DNA of 64,000 nt from Adineta vaga (taxonomy: Eukaryota; Animalia; Rotifera): the NCBI GenBank assembly GCA_021613535.1, contig CP075496.1:8432001-8496000 (forward strand), in the 5' to 3' direction. The position numbers were made by a program, and so were the translations under genes. The notes under the pieces are model-generated. The model did no database searches. It worked only from the letters and a program-made list of their open reading frames with translations, and was not told where the DNA came from. Of the stretch, positions 40,353 to 55,784 are shown piece after piece; the stretch's first letter is position 1, and the number at the start of each line of letters is the position of its first letter.

Positions 40353-41812
40353 GACAAAAACAAACAAATGAGTATAATCATCATTCTATTTCTTTTCCAT
40401 ATCGTCGAATCTTCTTATTTCATAAGATATTTTCATATTCTCAAAGAATTTTATTTCAAATAGCTGAAAAAAGTTATTCTTCGTAGAAAAATTCATCAAT
40501 TAAATTGAACATATTATACATCGGTAATGATGGAGGATGACAACATTCACATTCATTAATGATTGTTCCAGCTTCATTCCAAAGAAATATGTTCGACTAA
40601 AGCAGTGGACCTAAAAGAACATATTAAGACAATTATCAATGAATTAGAGCATTTCGAAAAAGATGTTGAAGAATTTTTTGGATTGTGCTACGACAAACAC
40701 TTTCAAGTTCAGTTCGACGTGCCGCATTAATTAAGAAAAGAAAAGCTACTCAATCCGGTTTAAATCTATCACTAATCATTTGATTGTACAAAGTAAACGC
40801 TTTTTCTGATTCATTATTCAGAATGATGAAGCCTATTTGCTTGAATTTTTAAAACGAATAGAATGAAAGAGAAAACCACTGAATACAGCTTATTTTTGAA
40901 CATCTAAAAATTCGAATATTTATTTTGATTGAATTGAGTAGAAATTTTATATTGAAGATATTCTTCGAAATAGAATTGCATTATTTCTTATTCGCAGATG
41001 ATTATTAATTTTCACGAAAAAGTAAATTTCTATAATAACATTTCATAGAGGAAAATCTGCTCTTATCTCATGAAATATAAGCTAATCATTCTTTTCATTT
41101 TACTCGGATACCAACTAGTTTTAAATAGATGTTTTTGAAAGAATCCATGTATGAATGATAATCTGTAAATGTTGTTCAGCTTTCTTATGAACTCATATGT
41201 TTCTTCACATGGAAATGTTCCTTCCAAACTAGAAAATAATATTGAAACTTGTTATATGAATAATAGATTTTACTACAACGTAGATGCTGTTCTAAAAGAT
41301 TATGATCAATACTTTGTAGGAAACGAAACATAGAAACATCATGAAACATTAAGTATAATACTTTACATTGCAGTTATTATTGTAATGCATACTATAACTG
41401 CTCATTGTATTATGAATACGTGATAGTTTGTATAATATTTTCATGATTTCTGAATTATTGGTTCATTGCTTGTCTGAATTTGATGAGTTTAATATTATAT
41501 CACTCAATCTCACCAAACGATCTGATAAACAGCTTTTGAAATAAAAAGAAATTAGATAACGACTCAACACATTTAACCTTGTACACAAATATAATTAACA
41601 AAAAATGGTTTTCTTCTCTACCGTTAAAATATCTCTCTCTATCATCTTTCTATTTATCATAAAAGACAAACTTCACAGTCGCACGTACATATATATCACT
41701 ATAAACAAACATACTAGATAAGACTACGCACTAAAAGTGTGTGACCTCGATCGCCACTGCATGTATATATATAGTCAACAATTCATTCGTAAACTTCTAT
41801 ACAATAGAAAAG

Positions 41813-44074
41813 ATGATCATGTATCGTTTTCTTTTCTTCGTTCTTCTAATAAACACGTTATTAGCTGATCATCCATGGGTATTACCACGAAGTTCTAGTT
41901 TTCATCATTCATTAGAATTATTTCATGCACGTACAAAACATTCTTCATCATCGATTTCGTTAACATTATCATCTTTTCTACCATTTGTTATTAATGGATC
42001 AATTTGTCGTGATGATCTTTTACTATTAGTCGATGGACTCGAAAATCAAGAAAAATGGGCATTAAAAATAATTGATTCATGGGGTACAAAGGTTCCACCT
42101 GGTATTCTTGAAGGATCACATCTTTGGTATGGTTCATATGATGAATGTCTTCATCCACTCTATTCACCAACCAATCAAACTTATGTTCAACAACCATATT
42201 CAACAAAATATTGTACGATTTCAAGTTCAAACTCTACTGATGGTGATGATATGAATTTTTTTCAAAAACCATCGTTAATTGTCGGGATTTGTTTACCAGA
42301 ATCTTGTCGTTCATATGATTTTCAATCGAAGTAAGTTCTTTTTTTTGTACGAACAAAAAACAACAATAGTATAATGTGATAATCATTTATTTTCAGATTT
42401 TTGAAACTTCATTGCAGATCAGAAGAAAGACATTTTTCTATCGGTGCAATATTAACATTAAGTTTAATTATCTTACTTAGTTTATTTGTATGTTTCGCTG
42501 AATTTATTCCTCGTCTGAAGGAATATTCTGTAACATCATCATTGAAAAAAATCTTTTCATTAAATCATCATCATTCAACATATTCATTTTTAAATGGAAT
42601 TCGTGTACTTTCCTTACTATGGGTTATTTTTGGTCATACATATGTTTTTCAATTGACTATTGCCAATAATCCTATTCATATTATGGATAATCTATATAAT
42701 TCATGGCTAGCTCAATTGATAATAGGTGCTGTATATGGTGTAGATACCTTCTTTTTCATTAGTGGATTTCTAGCAGTAGCAGTTTTTCTCAATACATTCA
42801 ATGGTCAAAGTAATTTCTTTTTTTCTTGTTAAATCCAATAGATTCATTTCTTTTGTTTTAGATGTCTTTCATATTCGACATTTATTTCTTTATTATTTCC
42901 ATCGATATTGTCGTTTAATTCCAACTTTAGTATTTGTATTACTAGTTAGTATGTATCTATCTCCATGGATGGGAACAGGACCAATCTATCCAGCATCGAA
43001 CGGCTTTGAAGTATCAGGTTGTTATCGATCATGGTGGAAAACCGTATTATTTATTAATAATATGGCATCATTCGAAGAAGCATGTTTACCTGTCACTTGG
43101 TAAGTAGATGATTAGTTCATTATATATAGTTCTATGCATAATATGATTAGTTAATTTTGTCTTATGGAAATCTAATACTTTTAGTTTATATCGTAATGTT
43201 AATATCTATTTTGTAATGATTAAAATACAAACAATATTTCGAACTAGTATTATTTTTGATTTTCTTTCTTTCTTTCTTTCTTTCAAGGTACATTGCTAAT
43301 GATTTTCAATTTCATCTATTAGCTCCTTTACTTCTTATACCATTTATCTTGAATCGTCGTCGATGGACTTATGCTTTATTAATTCTTATCCTATTGATAA
43401 ATATAATTACTACAATTAGTTTAGTTAGTACTCATCCAGGTTTCGAGGGCGGATTTATTACAATGGATCAAGCACCGTTAGATTTTGCTAACAAAATCTA
43501 TATCACGCCCTGGTGCCGAATTGGTGCTTTTATTATTGGCATGATAACCAAACTAATTCTCGAACAATACCATCCTATTTTATCATCGATTAAAGTAATT
43601 CTATTCACCATAATTTCTATTCTTCTCGCAATCATCTGTATATATTTACCATTTTATTCGAATTATTTTCCTAAATTTATTCTTATTTTACATCAATCAT
43701 TATCTCATCAATGTTGGTCCATTGCTATCGGTTGGTTAATCTTTGCTTGTTCTACTAATCATGGTAGATTGATAAATAAAATTCTTTCATGGCCATTTTG
43801 GATGATCGTTGCTCGTCTGAGTTATTCAGCGTATTTAATTCATGCAACAATTATTCTTGTTCATGTTTACAATCAATTATCAACAATTCATTATCAAACA
43901 AGTGTTATTTTCAATAATTTCGTATCATTAACAATATTGTCATTGTTTGCATCAATCTTTATTGTTGTTCTCGTGGAAATGCCATGTAGTTTAGTTGAAA
44001 AACGAATGCGAAAATATTGTAAAGATAGAAAACAACTCTTGATCAATCAACGATCCTATGGAACAATCAGTTAG
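41813..44074 (+). CDS. NRF-6-like O-acyltransferase, copy 2
   Basis: Four exons give WALKIIDSWG..GILEGSHLWYGSYDEC, GICLPESC, NGIRVLSLLWVIFGH, GVDTFFFISG, HRYCRLIP, WYIANDFQF and ARLSYSAYLIH. Confidence 0.9.
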
Positions 44075-44772
44075 ATTTTCATAAATATTAATATGTGTGG
44101 GTTTTTTTTGTAAAACTTTAAATTTATTGATCTTAATAATTATTAGAATATAAAAGAAAATGATTGAAATTGAGATTTCTTTTCAATTGCAATAAACGTT
44201 TCCTATTCTGCAGTTTATTCGAAAGTATCAATCCATGTTTTCAGCAACTTTTTCTTTGTTTTTCTCGTAACTATCGAGTATAAATTTCGATAGGTAAGCT
44301 TCGATTATATATGTGTCAATACTATAGAATATCTGAGGTTTTCATAAATAAATTACATGCTGAAAAAATGATACACATCACCAATAATTCGTTTTTAATG
44401 TTATAATTATTCAATTCGACGACTGAAATTTTGTAAGATTGATTTTCATCATTAATATACGTTTACCATTGATGATTCATCTTTCTGTATATTAGTAGCA
44501 ATCATTCTCTCGTTTTCTTCTAAATTATTTCATAATATTAATGTGTCGTTTTGTATAAACAAATTCGTTTCATGTAGTCATTTTGTTTTTCTTTTTGCCG
44601 TGCAAAACGACGTCATATACCTTTGCGCAGTATGATTGATGCAATATCAATACAAATCTATTTTTCGTATGTAGAAAATAGAACAAAATTATTTTGAAAA
44701 TTTAAGTTCTGAATAAATCTAATGGTAGATAAATATATGTCAAATATTTATTGATATATAAGATCAACTTAA

Positions 44773-45482
44773 TTAGATTCTTTTACTAGTAGAATGAGAA
44801 AAAGTTGTCGTTTGCCTTTGCATAGTATACTGAGGTAACGTCCCAGGAGCAGGAATAGGAAGAATATATTGTTGTAACTGATGTGCAATATTCTGATAGT
44901 GACGGCTGCTAGGATCAACTACATGTTCGGTTGCTTCAATTGGATAGCCCATCACAAATTCATCAAATGGTCGCGCTCGTAGACGGAAGTGGTTGATATA
45001 GCCAGCGTTTCTCATGGACGACATTTTCACCACTGATTTCGAAGTGTTCGTCAAAATGAAACAGAACTTAAAGGTAGTGCTATTTATATATACATATCAC
45101 CTTATTTGATTTGATTTTTCCCTTAGTAACAAAATATGACGTCTCTTCTTTTTGTATAATTACAAATACATGATATTTATTTTTCTTTCGAATGACAAAA
45201 AAGTTTTTAATAATATACTTTACGCAGAACGCGATATTCGTGTGATGGTGACGAGTATAAACCAAAATGTGTATGATGGTGCTTAGGTGTATGTGCAAAA
45301 TGAAGATAGTTAAAACCGTTTCTCATCGGATCTTGTCGTTCATAGTCATACCAATAGTCACCGACTAGATCTGGTTCTTCATATCTATGTGGATTGTTGA
45401 TGTATTTTATCATTTTATTCGCTACATTATGATATTGAATACTTGTTTTCGTACCCATACCACTAGTGTTGAGTGCTGCCAT
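44773..45482 (-). CDS. Hypothetical protein, probably spliced
   Basis: Two coding-like minus-strand ORFs with higher GC than their flanks (45482-45224 and about 45080-44773). A GT donor follows YRVL. The splice structure is unresolved and no domain was recognised. Confidence 0.4.
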
Positions 45483-47382
45483 GTCGTGTTTATATCTTGT
45501 TTGTAGTTAGCGAATACTTTATTGTAAATTTATACAAAAGACCAGAAGTTATGGTAAATAGATAGTTCGTTGTTGTTATATAACATTGAATGAATATATC
45601 ATGAATGTACTTTCTCTTATATAGAAAAACAAGCAACGTCATGAACGGAGGTAGCATGTCGTGTGGACATTTATGTGATGTTGTAAATGGAATACTAAAA
45701 AAATTGACGAAATATTATTAATTGAAGTATAGAAAATATGTTTTGATATAGAAAAATTTACCTAGAAATGCTTTCCTGTGACTTATGGCGTAAAAGATGT
45801 GAATAATTTCTCTTGAAATTGAAGGGTGAGGTTGAAGTTGAAGGCTTCGTCATCGTTTCTCTTACGTTTAAATGTTATCAAACACCTACATTGAATTCAT
45901 CAATGTCGTCTTTGTTTTACACTCAACTTATTTTGACTTTTGTGAACAATGATTATATTCTGTCGAGAATTTTAAGCATACAAAATTTCGCAGATAACAG
46001 TTAACATAATCAGCAATATATCAACTCTTAGTCCATAGAGATATACAAAACTGGCTGTGATATTAAAGAAGCATTTGCCGATTCTTCCATAACATTTGAT
46101 ATGGATTGTGTTTTAGTCGTTAAACTTTCCTCGAGCATCTCTAATGCAATAATTACAGTATACTCGAGAAGAATATTATCTTAGAATTCAGTGTTCAATA
46201 ATCGTCGGTATACATTCAAAAAAGCAGTTATGTCCATCAGTTGTATCACTATGCAATTCGAAGAGTACCATTGAACTATATTTACCACAGGTAACAGGTG
46301 TTTTAGTGTTTGTATATGTTCTTTATATATAGGGCGGAACTATTCTATATTATCATTGATGGATGTGCATAGATAGGATATATTTATTTCAGAACAACAG
46401 CTGCATGTAATGGTTGAGCATTGATATCAAAAACATTCATTAATAGTGTCATAATAAACAGTGACTTGAAGTTGAACAAGAGCAATTGTAGATGAGTGAT
46501 CGTATCCTATTTTCAAATTTGACTCCTTTTTTCTAAACACCACATTATTCCTTATCACATATCAGGTGGTGTATTCACGTTGTTGTTCTGTTCAGTAGTA
46601 GTTCGAATAAACAAAGTAATATATAATATTTCATTAAATTATATTCAATCTGTTGCAATAAATAGTTTATTATCTAGTTACTCCTTTGGGAAATACATAC
46701 GATGCAATATGATAATATCTTCGATTGTTAATCTATCGAACGTGTTTGTCAACTAGATATTCGATTAATTACTTCTCTACAAATCTATTATTTGATCATG
46801 TAAATACGAAGAATGAACTACTACGCAGAAAACCTTAAATCGAAATACATTCGAGTGAAATATTCTTAATAATCCAATTAATTCTACTTTCCGTTGTTTT
46901 ATTGACTCGATTAATAAGAAAATACATTGCTAATATTCAACCGGATCTTTCAATCAATTTCTCACTTTTTACAAACACAATAATAACTGAAATGCACTCG
47001 TTTTATATGATGTTTTGTCTGTATATAAAACACTATTGTTCTTTTCTATTGTTCCTTCATTCAATTGTTCAAATAAAAATTTTGACGTTGTTGTAGGCGG
47101 TGTATATTTAACATAGTGATTCAATACATTCTTATATTGTTTTTGTGGGTGGAAATTCTTTGAATATCTCATTGAAGTAATCAATTCATATGGACGTGAA
47201 AGTATATAAAAGACAACATGGTTTTCTTGTAGATAAACATTGAAATGTATATTCACTTTAACAAATCATTTGTTAGGCGCGTATTAAGAGATTCTTTCCT
47301 TCATTCAGTTATGACAAAGAGAAGAAAACAGTAGTACACACTGTACATTCAAGAAAAAATCCGAAATAAGAAAATTAGAATT

Positions 47383-48233
47383 CTATGTAAAACTTCCACA
47401 ACATGAATTCTGTGAAGTAGTTGAATTTGAAGATGCTGTAGTATATCCAGCTTTGATTGTTTGAACACTATTTTGTTGTAAAGTTGCATTTGATTCCTCT
47501 TTCATTGAATCCATTCTTGCTGCCCAATGACGATAAATATCAGCGATTAATGTTCGAAATGCTTGTTCAACATTCGTAGCATCTAATGCAGATGTTTCAA
47601 CATAACTGTAAATTAAATGAAACAAAAGTATTTCTTTTTATTTGACTCAAATGAAATCTTACTGAATATTTCTTTCTTCAGCATATCGTTTCGCGTCATC
47701 ACTAAGCACAGCACGTATATGCCGTTGATCTAATTTATTCCCCACTAAGATAATACAACAATCAATACCAGCATTAGCTCGTACTTCATTGTACCTATTT
47801 AAAAAAAAAAGAAAGATTAAATTTTCAAGAAAATATTGTGAATAATTCATGTTTTTTACCATTGATCCAGATTTTGGAATGTTGATGCTTTAAGGATATC
47901 AAAAACAACGAGAGCACCTAATGCATTACGATAATAAGCTTTTGTTATGGCCATAAAACGCTCTTGACCAGCTAGAAATATGAAAAATACAATCAATACA
48001 ATTTTTTTAATACAAATCGATTTATCAATTTTACCAGTATCCCATATTTGTACTTTGATCGTTTTTCCATCGACTTGAACTTCTTTTGTTGAAAATTCGA
48101 CTCCTATTGTCGAACGACTTTCTAATGAAAATTCATTTCGAGTAAAACGTGATAATAAATTTGATTTTCCAACACCGGAATCACCCGTCAACACTATTTT
48201 AAATATATAATCAGCTGTCGATGGTTCTGCCAT
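47383..48233 (-). CDS. Rab11-family small GTPase (divergent paralog)
   Basis: Four exons give [60 protein letters not shown] and a C-terminal CCGSFT prenylation-type motif. Confidence 0.92.
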
Positions 48234-50257
48234 TGCTTTCTTTTTTAGTTTTACTTATACTAGAATGAAATACAAACGCATATATATGTATATACTTAAG
48301 GATCAAATCAGCGATCTGACTCATAGCATATGTCAATAGAGAAATATGAAAAAAATAATACATTCTGTGGCGTGATAGAACACTCAAGAGAAAAACAAAA
48401 AGTTTCGAGATGATTAAAATACATGAGAATTGGCAATTTTTTTCAAGCTTCAGCGAGAGATCTGTGTGAGTCAGACGAGAAAAACTAGTTTATATGTTAG
48501 TTTTCGTCACCTAGGCATTCAAGTGTAAAGAATGAGGTTGATGTCTCATCAGAACTGACTACGTGTATGCTCGTTCGTCATCGACGCGTCAATGTTGGCA
48601 AGAGAAAATGAAAGAAAATAGTGGTCGTTTTTTTCTTCTCAACTTAGTGAGTAGAGAGAAAGAAAGAAAGGGAGAGAGACAGCAAACGACAAAGAAAGAG
48701 GTGAGTCACATCATCTCGTCGGAGTTCACTTTGCGCTCTATTATTACTATAATTCGACGACAGACCGAACTGACAGAACAGAAATGGAGACACGAAGAAA
48801 AAAAAATTGACGAGAGGAGGAAAAAGAGAAAGAAAAAGGAATGTATAGTATACATATCTCATTTTGTACAGTGTATTATTCGTTGGCCAAGTAGAGGAGA
48901 ACAAAACAGAAGTCTATTGTATTTTAGTTCAGATGCTGGATTGTATAGATCATCAATAGAAAAAAAACAAATAAATTTTTAATCACGAAAAAGAAAAACG
49001 CTTTTTTTCCAGTGTAATGTTAAGCTTTGTTGTCAAATGATATAATGGTAGAAAAAAAGAATTTCAACCAGGTTTAAATTACAAGCAGTTGCAAATAGAC
49101 CTTAGCCTCTCTGATTAAATTACTTGTTGTAATTATTGTTTTCATGGGTTGATATAGAATTGTTCTCGTTTTTTTCTTCTTAAATTCATAGTATTGAACA
49201 CAACTAGTTGTTCACTTTTATAGTGGCAAGGAATTAACTCAATTCCTCGAGAATAATAATATTACGTCGGAAGGAAGAAAGAGGGAGAGAGAGAGAAGGA
49301 GCGCGATGTCTAAATTTCAGCTCTTAGCATGTTGTAGCATATATTAAGGCAATTATGTTGATTGTTAGATGAGTATGTATTATGATGACCTTGTTTATAC
49401 CATATTCCTTCGTTAGTACATGTACTCTATAGCAATAGATCTCTTATCGTTCTTATGCATATTGAGAAGAAGATTTGATGGTTATGTCTTTCTTTTGCAC
49501 TTAATCAATGTTTGATGGTGTTTTAATTTGTCTGAAGCTTTTGATACTGAGAAAAAGTGTTTTTAAGGTATGTATGATTAGTATCAAATTGGCTGTTAGA
49601 CAATTAGAGAGTTTGAGTATTTGATAGACTTTGATGAATATTCATTGATTAATAATTACGTACTCCTTAACGATAACGTCTAGAAATAGATATATGCTTC
49701 ATTTTTTTTCTTTTCGGTGAAAGAAGTTTGATTCATATATCAATGATAAAGTAGGAGTTTATATAAATGTTATCAAAAGTGTACATGATCTTCCATGAAT
49801 CACGTGTATTACTGTCCTGTACGATATATCAATAATGAATAATAAACAATGAATTATGAGTAAACGTGATATTCTTCTATCGCAAATACAAAGAAAGTTA
49901 TCAATACAACATTGCATGTATTTCGTACATCAATGTAATAGATTTCATTTCAACATGGTAAGTGAATTAGCTGTATACGAGATCGAGTAAATTTATCATC
50001 AATAATTATTTCAATAGGAGAATAACAATCAATGACGACAACTTTTTTGTAATTTTAAAGCATATCGAAATGCGTGACATATTTCATGATGGGCATGAGA
50101 GAAAAATATGTCTGACTAAAATCTTTTCAAAATTCATTTAATTTTTATCGTATAAATCTTTTAGTCAATATTTAATCGTCAAAATAGCCTTTATCTAAAC
50201 ACTCAGTTTAAAATATTTTTGCTAACGTACATGTTTGAATAAAATGATGTCTATTAA

Positions 50258-51696
<1,439 letters not shown>

Positions 51697-52620
51697 CACG
51701 TAAATTTTCAATAACTAATACAAATTATAAGAGAATCTAAACATTCAACTAATATTGGAAAATGATTCTTTTCAAATGCATCTTAAGTTAAGAATATAAA
51801 AATACTTTTTGACTTGAACTACTTCTTATAACCAATAATATTAGACCTCGATATGCTCGCGAGATGGCATGAAACATCTATGACTAAAATCAGTGTAACC
51901 AATAGTGAGTTTTTCAACTAATTAATTAGTTCTTCTTTTTTATATACATAATTGATAAAATTCTAACGTTGATATTTATTGTTTTATCTGCTTCTGTTTG
52001 AAAACTCAAAGCAAATCATCTGTTTACTACAAAATTATTTCATTCAAGCTATACTATGCTTTGTATGAATAGGTGAAAAATTGTAGTATGATAAAGATAT
52101 AAGTAAGAAATTTGATTATCGAAAAAGGTCGAAGTTTATTCTTTCTTGAAAAATCAGATTAAATATATATTAAAGCTGTAAATTCACAATGATTTTTGTA
52201 TCATAGATCAACAAAAGGACAACATTTTGTATAAGTCACCTTGTGTAATGTGTAATCGTATGTTTCGATGTTTTTCTTTCTGTAGCTAATGTGACTCATG
52301 ACGTTACACAACTATAAAGCTTTACCACACTGAGTATTTTGTTGCAGAAAAAAACCCAGTATAGTTTTGTCGGATAATTATATAAATAGAGATGCAGAAC
52401 ATAAAAAACTTTTGTTTTACAAAGTGAAAAATAGTCATCGACAAAATAAGAAAGAAACAGGATCGTACAAATTTTCAAAAAAAAGTGAGTCATTAAATAT
52501 ATACTCAAGCTAAAAGAACATTGTGTAAAGTAGAACAATTCATTTTTTCTGTTAGACTTGCAAAGATAAAATGTGTGCATCAAAAACGAAACTACAAAGC
52601 AAATCAACCAACGTAAAAAT

Positions 52621-55548
52621 ATGAATGTATGTAATATAATACTATTTAAAAAACTTATTCTAACATATGATTTACTTTACTAGATGCAGATCAATCAACA
52701 AACAAATGCGCTTGGTAGATTATCACTTACTTCAGGAAGAGAGTCTAGTACAATTTCAAAGACAAATCAAGGAGGAGCGACATCAAGACAGCAAGAAAAC
52801 ATGAAAAACATGAATGACGTCATTTACACCAATCATTTTCCTTGTCGTTTCGCTAGTGACATTACTTTCTATCAATATGATGCTACTGTTGAACAATATC
52901 ATAACAAAAAAAGCAAATTTATCTATATTACTGGTCGTGAAAGACGTCGTCAGGTCGTTACTAATATGTTCACAGACAAAATAATTCATCCAACAGCTGT
53001 CTGTTGGTATGATGAAGGAAGTTGTATTTATAGTACGACGATTCTCAGCGACACTTTTCCAATGATTTATGAAAAAGAAGATCGAGGATATCGTTATCGA
53101 CTAACAATCAATAGTCAATCAGCTACAAGTAGTACAAATGATTTCGATCAATCATCAATTCGAATTATAGAAACGTTGATCAAACAAGCATTAAAAGAAC
53201 AATTCAAATGTATTGGTTCAGTCTTCTACCGATGGGATGAAGAATGTAAACCAGATGGACCTTATGATCTTCTCAATGGATTTCGACAAGCTCTATGTCT
53301 TACGGAGTCAGATGTTACTTTGAATGTAGATACAACAACGACTCGATTCTATCCACATATGGAACTTTTACCATTTATTTGGGAAAGATTATTGAAAACG
53401 GAAAACCGTCCATTTGCCGGACGATTGTCCGATCAACAGTATCGTCAAATTAGTAATAATCTGAAAGATGTCGAAGTTACAACTATGCAATCGGAAAACG
53501 AAAAAACATATGTTCTAACTGGTGATTTTTCGCAACAACTTCCAGCACAAATTCCTGTTAGAGAACAGAATCTTTTAAACTATTACAAGGATCTTGGGTT
53601 TCCACTTCGCTATCCCAATCTTTACTGTTTGAAGGCATATAAACAAAATCATCAAGAAGAAATAGTTGATTTACCAATTGAACTTTGTCAACTTGGAGAA
53701 TGGCAGCAAGTCAAAGAAGATGAAAATACGAAACCTGTTCCTGCACCACCAGTCAACGCACGTTTCCATTCAATTATGAGAGTCGTACAAAACTGCAATT
53801 TTGATGATAGTGCATTATTTCGAGAAATTCAATTGGAAGTTGGTTGCGCCGAAATGATGGACGTGTCTTATGATACTTTAAGAAGCGTCAAATTAATCTC
53901 AGTCGACAACGCGGTTTTACTAATCCAGTTTCAATTGATAATATGGGATTTATCTATCTGACGGATCAACGTTACGATACTCGACAAACACAAAATAAAT
54001 TCTTGGAACAGTTTTTATGAAGTAGGAGCTATTTTTTATTATGAAGATTGTGTAATTCTTCTTCGTCGTATTCATTTATAGGCTGCTCAAAAACAACGAA
54101 TGGGTTTACCAGAAAATTGCGATGAAAACGAAGTTTTTGCTGACAAAAACATAGAAAGCAATCTTCGACGTCACTTGTCAAAACTTAAAGAAGGTCAATG
54201 TCAATTTGTTCTTTGCCTTGAAAACTGTCAAAATCCACAAATACATGAAGTTTTCAAAAAAATTGCTTGCAACGAATTAGGTAAGCATTGTTTTTCTGAG
54301 AAAATTCTTCTTATCATCTTCTTTCCACTTAGGTCTTGTTACTCAGTGTGCGAATTTTTCAAAAATTCAACGAGCAAGAAATCTAAGAAGCTATTGTGAT
54401 AATATTTTGCTATCAGTAAATGCTAAACTATCTGGTGAAAATAAACAAGTTGCTGATCTACGTACGCAAATCAAAACAATGTATGTAGGAGCTGACGTTC
54501 TTCATTCAAAGAATAACTACTCAGGTGAAATGCCGTCAATAGCAGCCGTTGTTGCTAGTATGAATTCTGAATGTACGTTGACAAATCAACGTGTGTCTCG
54601 ACAATGGCCTATGGATGGAAAACAATCAATAGAGGCAATTTTATTGTTGAAAGATATGATTGTAGATCTTTTATCGGCATTCAGAGACTGTAATGATGGT
54701 ACTCTACCCGAACGTATTGTTTTCTATCGTGATGGTGTCGATGATGGACAACTGGAACGTGTGAAAAATGAAGAAGTGATTGCTTTACGAGAAGCATTTA
54801 GAGGTAAAGAGTAATTTTTTTCTACTAGTTTACAGTAATTTGGATATTTGACTAATCTTGATTGAGAGAATCTGATCTGTTGAGTTGTAATTTGTCGATA
54901 GTTTTGTTAATGTATAATATTAAATGAGAGATATAGTTCTTTCTCTTTGAAGTCAACAGAAAATCACCGAGTATCATTACATTTCTAGAAATAATTTGAT
55001 TACTTTTGTTTTTTTTCTAGCCGTTTATCCACCAAATTCTTCATCTCCTTCTCTAACATTTATGGTAGTTAAGAAACGTCATCATACTCGTCTCTTTCGA
55101 CGAATAACATCAACAGAAGTTGCTAATGTTGAATCAGGTGTCGTAGTTGATAGTTGCATTGTTAATCCAAACTATCCCAACTTTTTCCTCAATTCACATG
55201 AACCCTGTTTGGGAACAAACAAAATTGGCAATTATATTGTTTTGGTTGACGACACTAATTGTTCCTTGAATGATCTTGAAGAACTCACTTACTCTCTTGT
55301 CATGTGGATCAACGTATCAGTAGTCGATCAAGCGAATCAATTCCAAGTGTTGTACACTTAGCTGATGCAGCTGCAAGTAAGGCAAGACAACTATTTGATC
55401 ATAGACAAAGGTAAGCTATCAAAGTTTTTCTTTAATCTTAGCTACTATCAACATATCTGTTCTATTTACTTTTAGAGCACCAAATGCACCTCGTGCAGAA
55501 ATTCATTATGCTCACGAAGATATGCAGAATGCACCAAATATGTTTTAA
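52621..55548 (+). CDS. Divergent Argonaute (N-L1-PAZ-L2-MID-PIWI), about 825 aa after correcting three single-base frameshifts
   Basis: Exons at about 52621-52626, 52684-54021, 54082-54280, 54333-54803, 55021-55410 and 55476-55548. Motifs include YTNHF..YQYD, GFRQAL..LNVD, LRYPNL..LPIELC, LGLVTQC, NAKLSGEN, MYVGADVLH, PSIAAVVAS, IVFYRDGVDDGQ, VVKKRHHTRLF, NVESGVVVDS and a C-terminal MF*. Confidence 0.92.
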
Positions 55549-55784
55549 ATTGCTTTTTTTCTATTTTGCTTACATTACTATCCATCGTTATTTTTTATAA
55601 AATTTTCTACCTTATAAATTAAAAAATCTCTGAGTTCAAAATAAAATCTCAAGTTAACGTCTTACGTATTTTCCAATGAAAGAACGATCACTTCACGTTC
55701 ATATAACGCTTACATTTATTTTTTGTTCCAAGTAAACAAACATCTGAATTGTACAATCAAAACTGTATGAACTACTTAATAAAA

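Noticed and set aside
40520-41330. Short coding-like plus-strand fragments (KEHIKTIINELEHFEKDVEEFFGLC; NNRFYYNVDAVLKDYD)
   Set aside because: Too short and disrupted to support a gene or transposon call.
45900-46520. Possible decayed Cys-rich gene on the minus strand (NCSCSTSSHC, QCSTITCSCCS)
   Set aside because: Fragments are interrupted by many stops and I cannot assign a family with confidence.
48563-48982. 139-aa K/E/R-rich ORF upstream of the Rab gene
   Set aside because: Non-ATG start and purine-rich low-complexity sequence, probably promoter or UTR of the Rab gene.
52296-52607. Minus-strand 103-aa ORF upstream of the Argonaute
   Set aside because: Non-ATG, F/L/Y-rich translation of AT-rich intergenic DNA.
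52621-55548. Prokaryotic Argonaute or bacterial contamination
   Set aside because: The gene has spliceosomal introns, eukaryotic AGO motifs (YRDGV, KKRHHTRLF) and metazoan neighbours.
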